The notes: generated from the letters alone by a model not told the origin. Shown: positions 1-10,821, numbered from the stretch's first letter. The stretch: 64,000 nt of DNA from Deinococcus sp. (GCA_965261005.1 OZ253375.1:64001-128000); one strand, 5' to 3'. Numbers and translations are program-made.

Positions 1-2
1 TC

Positions 3-230
3 GGCGTGTTGACGACCGACTTTCCGCCCGAGCAGATATTTGGAATTCTGCCCGTCGTGTATGCCGACATGGTGACCAAGCTGAGCGACGAGGAAGCTGC
101 CCAACTTGGCCGCGTTTTGCGTCAGGTGCTCGGGCGCGCGTCTCACCGTGCCGGACAAACTGGGGCGGAACGCGCCTACTTTTTGATGGTGGCGCTGCTG
201 CCGGATCAAGGCGGTCAACAACTGAGATAG
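3..230 (+). CDS. 3' end of a hypothetical protein (5'-truncated by window edge)
   Basis: Open frame from window start to TAG at 228-230; GC-rich codon style; function not recognisable. Confidence 0.5.
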   Translation, partial: GVLTTDFPPEQIFGILPVVYADMVTKLSDEEAAQLGRVLRQVLGRASHRAGQTGAERAYFLMVALLPDQGGQQLR

Positions 231-281
231 ACGAGTTTTCGGCGTTGCTTGGCGAGCAGTGCATGATTGGAGTGACGCCTT

Positions 282-834
282 TTACGGAGTCCAGGGATTC
301 AGCACCGGAACGCCGAGTTGCACGAAGTCTGTCTTATTGCGCGTCACGATGGTCAGGTCATGTGCGAGCGCCGTTGCGGCGATGAAGCTGTCCCGCGCTT
401 GAGGCGTGTAGTTGGCTTGGCGAGCGGCGTCCATCATCTGTGCCCAGCGGCGCATCACCGTCAGATCGGCAGGTAATACGGATTCCGCTTACTTCCTCAA
501 CATCGGGAAAAGCGCCCGATGTTGCTCCAGACCGCAGAATCCGTATCTTTTCCTACCCGCTCCGCTGGAAACTCCGTCAACTTCGTTGACAGACTTTCCG
601 GAATCCGTATAAGATTCGTCCCGCGTACTGAAACAAGAGGTCCGAGTACCAGACACGCAGCTTGGCCTGACGGGTAGGCTCGGCTTTTAGAAGGCCACGT
701 TCGATTTCGCCGAAACAGACGGCGCTGCTCGCGGTCTGTTCGAGCGGCGTTGCGTTCATCCAAGCCACGACGCCGGGATTCCTACGCGACTTGGTGCTTT
801 CCGAGAGAACGTTGGTGTCGAGCAGGTAAATCAC
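282..834 (-). pseudogene. vapC: VapC/PIN-domain toxin interrupted by a MITE
   Basis: N-part MIYLLDTNVLSE...GEI...AGRIL; after removing 477-612 the frame continues PADLTVMRRW...RDSFIAATALAHDLTIVTRNKTDF...VLNPWTP*, a complete 138-aa PIN protein. Confidence 0.9.
477..609. mobile_element. 133-bp MITE-like non-autonomous element
   Basis: Perfect 11-bp terminal inverted repeats TACGGATTCCG (477-487)/CGGAATCCGTA (599-609); TAA duplicated at 474-476 and 610-612; excision restores vapC frame. Confidence 0.9.
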
Positions 835-1076
835 AAGTCAATGGCCCAGTCCGTCCCTTGGAGCAGCTCCGGCTCGAAATCGTCATCAATTGGGGCGCGC
901 CGCAAAATCTCGCTGACCATCCGGCCCCGGCCACTCAGTTGCTCGAACTGGGCGGCCCCAACCACGTAGACCGCCGCCTTGTCCTGTTGCGTAATGACTT
1001 GCGGCTCGCGCTCGGCGTCACGGACCAGCTGAGAAAAGCTGGTCTCGGCGTCCTCAAGCTTCCAGTGTTTGGTCAT
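831..1076 (-). CDS. Phd/YefM-family antitoxin
   Basis: WKLEDAETSFSQLVRDAEREPQVIT Phd signature; stop overlaps vapC start. Confidence 0.85.
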   Translation of the reverse strand: MTKHWKLEDAETSFSQLVRDAEREPQVITQQDKAAVYVVGAAQFEQLSGRGRMVSEILRRAPIDDDFEPELLQGTDWAIDL

Positions 1077-1099
1077 CTCGCCTCCAGCTTACCGTCACC

Positions 1100-1621
1100 T
1101 CACTCCGCCAGCGCCACGCCGACCAGCGGATACCTCGCCATCTCCACGATCTCGCCGCCGTTCTCTAACGTCAGCGCGATCTCGTCCACGGTCCACTCCA
1201 GCACGGGGGGCGTCAGCCGCTTGACGGCGTTCCAAGACTGATCCTCGGCCCAGGAGCAGATGCCCAGCGCGAGGGTGAGGTGCGGGATGTAGTTGTGGCC
1301 GTCCCACTCGCTGGGCGCGCCGGCCGTCTCCCTCAGGGTGAGGTCGTGGGCGGCCAGCAGCTGTGGGGTGGGTTTCAGGTCGAGAAAGATGGTGTGCGGA
1401 AAGCGCCGCCACGACAAGAAGCGCGCCTGAAACGGGGCGAGTTGCGCCGCGACGCGGCCGGCGGCCGTCAGCAGCACCCCCTCGTCGCCGTGATAGGGAA
1501 AGGCGGTGCGCAAGTTCAGGTGCGGCGCCCCGTAGGAGGCCAGGCCGTGTTCGCCCTGCACCCCCGCCACCCAGGCGGCCAACGTTTTGGGCGGCCAAGC
1601 GACCAAGCTGTAGAGGGGCAC
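1100..1621 (-). CDS. 2H phosphoesterase (2'-5' RNA ligase-like) protein
   Basis: Two 2H-type motifs, PHLNL and PHLTL. Confidence 0.8.
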   Translation of the reverse strand: MPLYSLVAWPPKTLAAWVAGVQGEHGLASYGAPHLNLRTAFPYHGDEGVLLTAAGRVAAQLAPFQARFLSWRRFPHTIFLDLKPTPQLLAAHDLTLRETAGAPSEWDGHNYIPHLTLALGICSWAEDQSWNAVKRLTPPVLEWTVDEIALTLENGGEIVEMARYPLVGVALAE

Positions 1622-1623
1622 GG

Positions 1624-2274
1624 CTAGCCCACCTGGTAGCGGCAGCTGGCGGCGCCGCAGGCGATGCGCGACTCGCGGTGAACCGGGGCGCCCAACAGCT
1701 CGCGGTACAGCTCAACCTCGGCGCCGCACAGCTCGCCGAATTGGCGCGCGACCTCCAGGTTGGGGCAGTTGCCTTGCTCCAGGTACAGCTGCCCGTCTTC
1801 TTGGTAGCTGCGCGCGTCGTAGCCCGCCGCGCTCAGCAAGGTGGCCAGCTGACCTACCCGCTCGGGCAGCGCGCCGCGCAATTGGGGTTTCCAGGCGGCG
1901 GCCAACTTGGCGCGGCGCCCGTCCATCACGCGCAGCACCGCGCCCTCGCCGAAGAGGGCGTCGAGATGGCCCAGCACGTCGGCGCACAGAGTCGCGTAGC
2001 TTTTGGGAAAGTGGGCCTCGCCGCGCTCGGTCAGGCGGTAGACCCGCTGGGGTCGGCCGCGCCCGCCGGGCTTGCAGGTTTCGGCCACGATCAGGCCGCC
2101 CTCCTCCAAGTTGCTGAGGTGCTTGCGAATGGCCGGCACGCTCACGCCGAGTTGCTCGGCCGCTTGCTGCGCGCTGGCGCCGGGCTGGCTTTTCAGCAGC
2201 GAGAGGGCGCGCGCCCTGGTGTTGTCGGCGAGGTCGGCCGTGACCGGCGCGAGGGTGGGGGGGGGCGGGGTCAT
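1624..2274 (-). CDS. SufR-like winged-HTH transcriptional regulator
   Basis: HTH plus GRGRPQRVYRLTERG; C-terminal NCP...LC...C...C cysteines; downstream of mrp. Confidence 0.8.
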   Translation of the reverse strand: MTPPPPTLAPVTADLADNTRARALSLLKSQPGASAQQAAEQLGVSVPAIRKHLSNLEEGGLIVAETCKPGGRGRPQRVYRLTERGEAHFPKSYATLCADVLGHLDALFGEGAVLRVMDGRRAKLAAAWKPQLRGALPERVGQLATLLSAAGYDARSYQEDGQLYLEQGNCPNLEVARQFGELCGAEVELYRELLGAPVHRESRIACGAASCRYQVG

Positions 2275-2278
2275 GGCG

Positions 2279-3319
2279 TCACACCATGGGCAGTTCGGCG
2301 AGGGTCTGCACGCTCAGACGTCCGGCGAGGTTCTCGGCGATTTGGGTGAGGGCGCGCGCCGCCGCGCTGTCCGGATGAATGACCACGCTGGGGGCGCCCG
2401 CGTCGCCGCCTTCGCGCACGGCCACCTCGAAGGGAACCTCGCCCAGCAGCGGCAAATTGCCCAGCTTGGCGGCCCCGCCGCGCCCGAACAGGTCGTAGAT
2501 GTGTCCGGTGTCGGGGGCCACGAAGTAGCTCATGTTCTCGATCACGCCCAGCAGCGGCACGCTGGCCTTGCGGAACATGTCGGCGGCGCGCGCCGCGTCG
2601 ATCAGGGCCACGTCCTGCGGCGTCGTGACGATTACCGCGCCCGATAAGGTGACCGTTTGTGCCAGGGAAAGCTGCACGTCCCCCGTGCCGGGGGGCAAGT
2701 CCACCATCAGGTAATCGAGGTCGCCCCACGCGGCGTCCCTCAGAAACTGGCTGACGGCCGAGTGCAGCATGGGGCCGCGCCACACCAAGGCTTGGCCGGC
2801 CGGCATCAAATTCGCCATCGAGAGAAAGCGCAGCCCGTAGCGCTCGATGGGGTTCATTTGGCGCGCCTCGTTGGCCGTGACGCGCTCGGTTCCCGCGCCC
2901 AGCATGTGCGCGACCGAGGGGCCGTACACGTCGGCGTCGAGCAGCCCAACCCGCGCGCCGCTCCTCGCGAGGGCCGCCGCCAAGTTGACCGCCACCGACG
3001 ACTTGCCCACGCCGCCCTTGCCCGACCCTACCGCGACCACGTGCTTGACCCCCGGCAGCGGCGGCGAGGCGGGCGCGCGCACGGTCGCGCCGAACTCCAC
3101 GCGCACCTCCGCGACGCCCGGCACCCTCAGGATCGCCGCGCGCACGTCGTTCTCGATGGTCGCCTTGAGGGGGCAGGCGGGCGTGGTCAACTTGATCTTG
3201 ACGTCGGCCAGCGCGCCCGTCAGTTCGGCGCGCTCCACCATGCCCAGCGACACCAGATCGCGGTGAAGCTCGGGATCGTTCACCGTCCTGAGGGCGGCGA
3301 GCAGGTCGGAATTGGGCAT
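2279..3319 (-). CDS. mrp: Mrp/ApbC (NBP35) Fe-S carrier ATPase
   Basis: N-terminal DUF59 (VNDPELHRDLVSLGMV, LTTPACP), SGKGGVGKS, DADVYGPS, WRGPM, DLPPGTGD, ENMSYF; start placed at MPNSD. Confidence 0.92.
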   Translation of the reverse strand: MPNSDLLAALRTVNDPELHRDLVSLGMVERAELTGALADVKIKLTTPACPLKATIENDVRAAILRVPGVAEVRVEFGATVRAPASPPLPGVKHVVAVGSGKGGVGKSSVAVNLAAALARSGARVGLLDADVYGPSVAHMLGAGTERVTANEARQMNPIERYGLRFLSMANLMPAGQALVWRGPMLHSAVSQFLRDAAWGDLDYLMVDLPPGTGDVQLSLAQTVTLSGAVIVTTPQDVALIDAARAADMFRKASVPLLGVIENMSYFVAPDTGHIYDLFGRGGAAKLGNLPLLGEVPFEVAVREGGDAGAPSVVIHPDSAAARALTQIAENLAGRLSVQTLAELPMV

Positions 3320-3431
3320 ATGAGTGGACCGTAGCGCACCGGGCGCGTGCGGGCAAGGAGGGCAGTCACAAAAGCCAGAGGGACCAAGCCGCAAGGTAGG
3401 GACAAAAGGCGGGCGCGCCTATACTGGGCGC

Positions 3432-4736
3432 GTGAAGACGTACGGGCCGTACTTGGCCGCCCGAATGCTGCGCGGCGGGGAGATCGAGACGCTGCGAGGC
3501 GTGGACGCGCTCACCGGGCTGCCGGCCCTGCTGTACCTGCTGCCCGAGCAGTGGATCGTCCCGCCGCTGGACCATCCGAACCTGCTGCCTTACAGCGATG
3601 GCGGCGATGGCGGCGGCGGTGGTGGTGGCGGGGACCGGCCGTACCTGGCCTGCGCCTTGCCGCCGGCCAGCGCGCCGGCGAGCGACCCACGGACGGCGGC
3701 CCTCGGCGCGCTTTCGGCGCTCGCTTGGCTGCATCGGCGCGGCCAGCTGCACGGTGGCCTGACGCCCGAGCAACTGTGGCAGGTGGGCGGTGAGGTGCGC
3801 GTGGCCGGGGCGGGCTTGCCGTGGGGCGAACTCGGCGGCGGCTACGACGCCCCGGAAGGTGGCAAGACCCCGGCGGCCGACTTGTACGCGCTGGGCAAGT
3901 CGCTTCAGACGCTCGGTCCGCTGCCCGCCGCCCTGGAGTGCCTGCTGGGCGCCGATCCGGCGGCGCGCGGCGGCGCCGAGGACGCGCTGGCCCGCCTGAG
4001 GGCGCCGGCAGGGCCGGTGAGGGGCGTTCACCCGACTGAGGGTGTTCTTGTGGTGCCGGGTGAGGCCGAACAGACCGAACAGCCTGCACAGACCGGGAGC
4101 GCCCCCGGCGTGGTCGTCCCCAGCGTGGTCGTCATTGAGGCCGCGCCCGCCCCAGGGCCGCTGCTCGACGACGTGTTCGGGCCGGCGCCGGACGCGCCAA
4201 GTTTGGGTCAAGCCTCCGCCGATTCAACCCCCGCTGCCCCCACACCGCCGCTTCCCGCCGGCCCCACCTCACCGCGCGCCGGGGCCGTTCGCATCGGCTG
4301 GGAGGAGGACCATTCTTGGCGGGTGGTCAAAAGCGCGCCGGCCCCGGCGCGCCCCGCCCTGCCCATGTCCCGGTTGTCCCGGCCGGCGTGGCTCTGGCTC
4401 GCCTTGGGAACGTTGCTGGCGCTGGTCGTGATCGGTTGGATGGTGTACGCCAGCAGGCCGCGCCCGCCACAGCGTGTGGCGGGCGCGGCCTGCTGCGCCG
4501 TCAACTTCGAGTTGCGCGGGACCGCCGACGTGGGCGCCCAGCTACATGTCGTAGGGGCGCCGGTGGGCAGCGGCCTGAAGGGCGGGGAACGGCTCGGGCG
4601 CATTCCCGGCAGGGTGACCTTTCCCAACGCGCCAGGGCGCTACACCCTGCGGGCGACGGCCGCAGGGTACGAGCCGCAGAACCTGACCATTCAGGTGCCC
4701 AGCGCGCGGCCGGTCGTGATCGAGCTGGGGCGCTGA
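3432..4736 (+). CDS. Pseudokinase-like membrane protein with Pro-rich linker, TM helix and PEGA-like C-terminus
   Basis: Kinase-like LAWLHRRGQLHGGL...VAGAGL...APEG...ADLYALG; TM WLWLALGTLLALVVIGWMVY; PGRYTLRATAAGYEP; TATACT 6 nt before GTG. Confidence 0.65.
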   Translation: MKTYGPYLAARMLRGGEIETLRGVDALTGLPALLYLLPEQWIVPPLDHPNLLPYSDGGDGGGGGGGGDRPYLACALPPASAPASDPRTAALGALSALAWLHRRGQLHGGLTPEQLWQVGGEVRVAGAGLPWGELGGGYDAPEGGKTPAADLYALGKSLQTLGPLPAALECLLGADPAARGGAEDALARLRAPAGPVRGVHPTEGVLVVPGEAEQTEQPAQTGSAPGVVVPSVVVIEAAPAPGPLLDDVFGPAPDAPSLGQASADSTPAAPTPPLPAGPTSPRAGAVRIGWEEDHSWRVVKSAPAPARPALPMSRLSRPAWLWLALGTLLALVVIGWMVYASRPRPPQRVAGAACCAVNFELRGTADVGAQLHVVGAPVGSGLKGGERLGRIPGRVTFPNAPGRYTLRATAAGYEPQNLTIQVPSARPVVIELGR

Positions 4737-4778
4737 GCTGAATGAACTGAATTGCTGGGCGCGTGTCAGAATGCCCGC

Positions 4779-6314
<1,536 letters not shown>

Positions 6315-6335
6315 GCCGGGTGGGAGTGAGGCCCC

Positions 6336-7196
6336 TCAGCGCCGCCGCGTCGCGAGGCGCGCGATCAGGGTCGCCACGAAGACCAGCGCGATCAGCACCA
6401 AGGCGCCCGCCGTGGCGAGGCGGCGTTGCTCGTCGTAGGCGCTGGTGGCGCCGATGTAGATTTCGAGCGGCAAAGCTGACATGGGTTTGCCCGGATTGAA
6501 GTTGAGAAAGCTGTTGCCCAGGGAGGTGAACAGCAGCGGCGCGGCCTCGCCGGCCACGCGCGCCACCGCCAGCATCACGCCGGTGACGATGCCGCCCAGG
6601 GCGGCGGGCAGCACGATGGACCAGGTGACGCGCCACTGCGGCAGGCCGACCGCCAAGCCCGCCTCGCGCACGCTCAGCGGCACCAGCTTGAGCACCTCCT
6701 CGGAGGTGCGGACCACGATGGGGATCATCAGCAGGCCCAGGCCGAAGCCGCCCGCCCAAGCGCTGTAGTGCCCGGCCGTGGCGACGAGGAGGCCGTAGGC
6801 GACCAGGCCCAGCACGATGGCCGGAATGCCCGACAAGACATCCGACACCAGGCGCACGGTGGGCACCAGCGGGTGGCGCGGAAACTCGGCCAAGAAGATG
6901 CCGCCGGCGATGCCGACCGTCACGCCGATCAGCGAGGCGATGCCCACCATGATCAGGGTGCCGACGATGGCGTTCAGCAGCCCGCCGCCCGCCTCGCCCG
7001 CCGGCGCCGGAACGTGGGTGAAGAAGTTGAGGTTGAGGGCCGAAAAGCCGCGCGACAGCAGGTACCACAAGATCAGAAACAGCGGGATCAACACGACGGC
7101 GGTGGCCAGCGCGATCACGACCGCCATCACGGAATTGGTGAGCTTACGCGCGTTTCTGTTGCGCTGCTGACGCCCCTTGCCGCTGATAACGGCCAT
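6336..7196 (-). CDS. pstA: Phosphate ABC transporter permease PstA
   Basis: MAVISG... hydrophobic protein; GIPAIVLGL, REAGLAVG, ARVAGEAAPL. Confidence 0.93.
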   Translation of the reverse strand: MAVISGKGRQQRNRNARKLTNSVMAVVIALATAVVLIPLFLILWYLLSRGFSALNLNFFTHVPAPAGEAGGGLLNAIVGTLIMVGIASLIGVTVGIAGGIFLAEFPRHPLVPTVRLVSDVLSGIPAIVLGLVAYGLLVATAGHYSAWAGGFGLGLLMIPIVVRTSEEVLKLVPLSVREAGLAVGLPQWRVTWSIVLPAALGGIVTGVMLAVARVAGEAAPLLFTSLGNSFLNFNPGKPMSALPLEIYIGATSAYDEQRRLATAGALVLIALVFVATLIARLATRRR

Positions 7197-8158
7197 CAGC
7201 TGGTCCCCTTCACGGTCAGGCGCGCGATGACGGCGCGGGCCAGGTAGTTCACCAGAATCGAGATGAAAAACAGGATCAAACCGATCTCGATCAAGCTGGA
7301 GCGCTGTAAGGTGCCCACCGCCTCGTTGAATTCCGAGGCGATAATGGAGGACATGGTCGCCGTCTGGTTGAACAGCCCCGACACCAGCTTGGGCGCGTTG
7401 CCGATCACCATGGTGACCGCCAGCGTCTCGCCCAGCGCCCGCCCGAGCGACAAAATCACCCCGCCGAAGATGCCCGCGCGCGCAAAGGGCAGAATGGCGC
7501 CGCGAATGACCTCCCACTTGGTCGCGCCCAGGGCGTACATCGCCTCGCGCTGGTCCTGCGGCACGAGGCGGATCACGTCGCGCGCCACCGAGGCGGTGTA
7601 GGGAATCACCATAATGGTCAGAATCAGGATGGCGAGCAGCAGCCCGTAGCCGGCCGCGTTGTCGGGGGCGAGCCACTTCAGGGCGGGGTTCTTCAACAAG
7701 GCCGGGTGGTAAAAGAACCACACCTGCACCTGGCTGACAATGGGCTTGAGCACGAACAGCGCCCACAACCCGAAGATGACGCTGGGAATGGAGGCCAGCA
7801 GTTCCACCAGGGAGCCGACCGGCCCCGCCAGCCACCTGGGCGCGTACTCGGTCACGAAGATGGCCGACGCCACCGCCAGCGGCACCGAGATGAGCAGGGC
7901 GCCAAAGCTGGTGACCAACGTGCCCACGATAAACGGCAGGGCGCCGTAGCTGTTCTTGACCGGGTCCCAAGCGCTGCTGAACAGGAAGCCCACGCCGTAC
8001 GCCGCTATGGAGGCGCGGCTGCCCATCACCAGCTGAAACAGGCACAGGGCGAAGATCACCACGATCAGCAGGGCCAGCGCCAAGATGACGCCACGAAACA
8101 CACCGTCGCCGCGCGAGGAAACTTGGCGCTTGGCCGGCCCCTTCAACGTTTTGGTCAT
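7196..8158 (-). CDS. pstC: Phosphate ABC transporter permease PstC
   Basis: WDP..YGALPFIVGT, ELLASIPSVIFGLW, REAMYALGATKWE, GRALGETLAV. Confidence 0.95.
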   Translation of the reverse strand: MTKTLKGPAKRQVSSRGDGVFRGVILALALLIVVIFALCLFQLVMGSRASIAAYGVGFLFSSAWDPVKNSYGALPFIVGTLVTSFGALLISVPLAVASAIFVTEYAPRWLAGPVGSLVELLASIPSVIFGLWALFVLKPIVSQVQVWFFYHPALLKNPALKWLAPDNAAGYGLLLAILILTIMVIPYTASVARDVIRLVPQDQREAMYALGATKWEVIRGAILPFARAGIFGGVILSLGRALGETLAVTMVIGNAPKLVSGLFNQTATMSSIIASEFNEAVGTLQRSSLIEIGLILFFISILVNYLARAVIARLTVKGTS

Positions 8159-8227
8159 ACGAGGTCCACAATTCACTTGACACAGCGAATGTCATGGGAC
8201 GGTCAGCGATAGGAACATGGGGGCCAT

Positions 8228-8250
8228 AAAAAAGGGGCCGCTGTGGCCCC
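8228..8250 (-). terminator. Intrinsic terminator-like hairpin between pstS and pstC
   Basis: Minus strand GGGGCC-acagc-GGCCCC-TTTTTT. Confidence 0.7.
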
Positions 8251-8266
8251 CGCGTGTTCGCCCGCC

Positions 8267-9292
8267 CTACTTGAGCGCTTGGCCGCCGTAGGTGAGCTGG
8301 TTGATGATGTTGCGCGCGCGCACCTGGGAGGCGTCGGGCAGGGCCGCGTAGTTGAGGGGTTCGTTGTACTGCTGGCCCTTGGTGACCACCCAGGTCAGCA
8401 TGTTCTTGAGCGCCTGCGCCTGCGCCTGGCTGCGGTTGCCGTACTTTTGGTCTTGGTAGAACAGCGCGTAGGTGTAGGTGCTGATGGGGTAGGCGCCTTG
8501 GCCCGAGGCGTTGGTGATGCTGACCACGCCGCTGGGCGGCAAGATGACGCCGTTCGCCGCCGCCTGCACGCTGGCGATGCTGGGCCTCACGAAGTTGCCC
8601 GCGCGGTTTTGCACGTCGCCGAAGTCGATCTTGTTGACCAAAGCGTAGGTCAGCTCGATGTAGCCGATGGCCCCGGGCGTGCTCTTGACCGCGCCGGCTA
8701 CGCCGTCGTTGCCCTTGGCGCCTACGCCCAGGGGCCAGCTGACGGCGGTGGCGCTGCCGACCTTGCTTTTCCAAGCGGGGCTGACCTTGTTCAGGTACTC
8801 GGTGAAGACGCCGGTGGTGCCCGAGCCGTCCGAGCGGTGGACCACCGTGATGGGGAGCGGGGGCAGCGTGACGCCCGGATTGAGCTTGGTCAGGGCCGCG
8901 TCGTTCCAAGTCTTGATGTTGCCGAGGAAGATGTCGGCGATGGTCTTGCCGCTGAACTTGACGGCGCCGCTCACACCGGGAACGTTGTAGCTGACCACCA
9001 CCGCGCCGATGGCGTCGGGCACGGCCAGCACCTTGCCGGGGTACTTGGACACGTCCTCCTGCGGAATGGCCACGTCCGAGCCGGCGAAGTCGATGGTCCG
9101 CGACAACAGCTGCTTTTGGCCGCCGCCCGAGCCGATGGATTGGTAGTTCACCTGATCGCCGCTGGCCGTTTTGTACTCGGAGAACATCTTGGTGAAGAGG
9201 GGGTACACGAATGAGGAGCCGGCGCCGGTCAAGTCCATGGCGGAGGCGGCGCTCACGGCCGCCAACAGCGTCAAAGTCAGCATCTTCTTCAT
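8267..9292 (-). CDS. pstS: Phosphate-binding periplasmic protein PstS
   Basis: Signal peptide MKKMLTL...; [41 protein letters not shown]. Confidence 0.96.
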   Translation of the reverse strand: MKKMLTLTLLAAVSAASAMDLTGAGSSFVYPLFTKMFSEYKTASGDQVNYQSIGSGGGQKQLLSRTIDFAGSDVAIPQEDVSKYPGKVLAVPDAIGAVVVSYNVPGVSGAVKFSGKTIADIFLGNIKTWNDAALTKLNPGVTLPPLPITVVHRSDGSGTTGVFTEYLNKVSPAWKSKVGSATAVSWPLGVGAKGNDGVAGAVKSTPGAIGYIELTYALVNKIDFGDVQNRAGNFVRPSIASVQAAANGVILPPSGVVSITNASGQGAYPISTYTYALFYQDQKYGNRSQAQAQALKNMLTWVVTKGQQYNEPLNYAALPDASQVRARNIINQLTYGGQALK

Positions 9293-9314
9293 ATGCGGGC
9301 ATCTTCGCGGCGCC

Positions 9315-9358
9315 CCGTCAGGCAAACGTCACCGGCTTGTCAGCGTTGTGTCAGGTGC
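9315..9358. promoter_or_regulatory. Candidate Pho box (four GTCA cores at 11-bp period)
   Basis: GTCA at 9317, 9328, 9339, 9350, between divergent pstS and MBL hydrolase genes. Confidence 0.65.
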
Positions 9359-9375
9359 CGCGCTAGCCTGAGCGG

Positions 9376-10344
9376 ATGCTCACCCCCGTGCTCGACACCC
9401 TGCACGCCCTGCAAGTCCCGATTCCCTACCCGATGGGCAGCGTGACCGTGCTGATCGACACCAGCTCGCCCGTCACCCTGATCGACTCGGCCCTCGACAC
9501 CCCCGAGGCCCGCGCCGCCATTCAGGCCGGCCTGGGCGAGCTGGGCCTGACGTGGGAAAGCGTGGAGCGCCTGATCGTGACGCACCACCATCCCGACCAT
9601 TACGGCCTGGCAGGCTTTATTCAGGAGCGCTCGGGCGCCGAGGTGCTGATGCTGGACCTCGACATCGCGCGCGGCGAGCGTTACTGGCACCTGTGGGAAC
9701 AGTGGCTGCCCGGCCACCACAAACACCTGCTCGACCACGGGTTGCCGGGGGAACAGTTGGCCGAGCTGGAGGCCGAGTCGCGCCGCTCGCGCGCCCGGGT
9801 GCGCCCCGCCGCGCGCGTGACGCCGCTGCACGCGGGGGAGCGTGTGCGGCTCGCGAACAGGGATTGGGAGGTGCTGTGGCTGCCCGGCCACGCCGACGGC
9901 CATTTGGGCTTGTGGCAGCCGGGGGAAAGGCTCCTGATCGCCGGGGACGCCATTTTGCCGCGCATCTCGCCCAACGTCGGCCTCTACGCCTACAGCCGCC
10001 CCGATCCGCTGGGGGACTACCTGGATACCCTGCGAAAGCTGCAAGAACTTGCCCCGGCCCGGTCGGTGGTCGGCCATCACGGCCCCTTTCTGGAGGACAC
10101 CGCCGGGCGGGCGGAGGAGCTGCTGGCGCACCACGCCGGGCGGCTCGACCTGGTGCGCGGCGTGCTGGCGAGGGAGGCCAAGACCGGCTATCAGCTCTCC
10201 TTTGACATGTTTGCGCGCGACTTGCCGCCCAGCGCGCGCCGCTTCGCCCTCGCCGAGACGCTGGCGCACGCCGAGTATCTGAGGCTGCGCGGCGAGCTGC
10301 TGCGCGAATGGCGCGGCGGGCAGTGGGTGTACGGGGCGCCGTGA
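9376..10344 (+). CDS. MBL-fold metallo-hydrolase
   Basis: THHHPDHYG, PGHADGH, AGDAIL motifs. Confidence 0.88.
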   Translation: MLTPVLDTLHALQVPIPYPMGSVTVLIDTSSPVTLIDSALDTPEARAAIQAGLGELGLTWESVERLIVTHHHPDHYGLAGFIQERSGAEVLMLDLDIARGERYWHLWEQWLPGHHKHLLDHGLPGEQLAELEAESRRSRARVRPAARVTPLHAGERVRLANRDWEVLWLPGHADGHLGLWQPGERLLIAGDAILPRISPNVGLYAYSRPDPLGDYLDTLRKLQELAPARSVVGHHGPFLEDTAGRAEELLAHHAGRLDLVRGVLAREAKTGYQLSFDMFARDLPPSARRFALAETLAHAEYLRLRGELLREWRGGQWVYGAP

Positions 10345-10373
10345 GCTGAGATCCCCGCGCTATACTCCTTCCC

Positions 10374-10811
10374 ATGACCGAACTTGAGCGCCTGCTTCAG
10401 CAGCTTTCGCGGCGCGGCCACGAGGTCGAGCAGGTGGAGGACGGCGCCCTGCTGGACACCGAGCGCTCGCAACTCGCGCTGTTCGCCGAGCGCGACGAGG
10501 AGGAAGGGGGCGTGATCGTGCGCGCGCACCTCGACCTCGACTTGTACGTGGAGCAGGACGCCGTGGGCGAGGTGAGCCTCGGCGTCAACCTTCTCAACGG
10601 CAGCCTTGACTTCGGCAGCCTGACCCTCGACCCCGTGGAGGAGGAGGGCGAGGCGCCGATGTTCGCGGTGCTCGGGCGCACGGCGCTGCTGCTGCGCGAC
10701 CTCGGCGAGGGGGAGATCGCGCGCCTGGAGCGCCATCTGGAGCGCTTCGAGCGCGAGGTGAGCGGCGCGGTGGAGCGCAGCTTGGCAGGACCGACGAACC
10801 TCAAGGCTTGA
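10374..10811 (+). CDS. Hypothetical acidic protein
   Basis: TATACT 7 nt before ATG; fills the gap between co-oriented genes. Confidence 0.7.
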   Translation: MTELERLLQQLSRRGHEVEQVEDGALLDTERSQLALFAERDEEEGGVIVRAHLDLDLYVEQDAVGEVSLGVNLLNGSLDFGSLTLDPVEEEGEAPMFAVLGRTALLLRDLGEGEIARLERHLERFEREVSGAVERSLAGPTNLKA

Positions 10812-10821
10812 CACCGCCGAT

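Noticed and set aside
577..834. 85-aa stand-alone ORF in the track
   Set aside because: It is the 5' part of the interrupted vapC; its last residues come from the MITE
3597..3633. GGC/GGT run encoding poly-Gly
   Set aside because: Simple in-frame slippage expansion in a loop; no sign of a further role
6336..9302. 988-aa ORF suggesting a giant PstA fusion
   Set aside because: The upstream part is an off-frame read-through of pstS and pstC in GC-rich DNA; real PstA starts at 7196, coupled to the pstC stop
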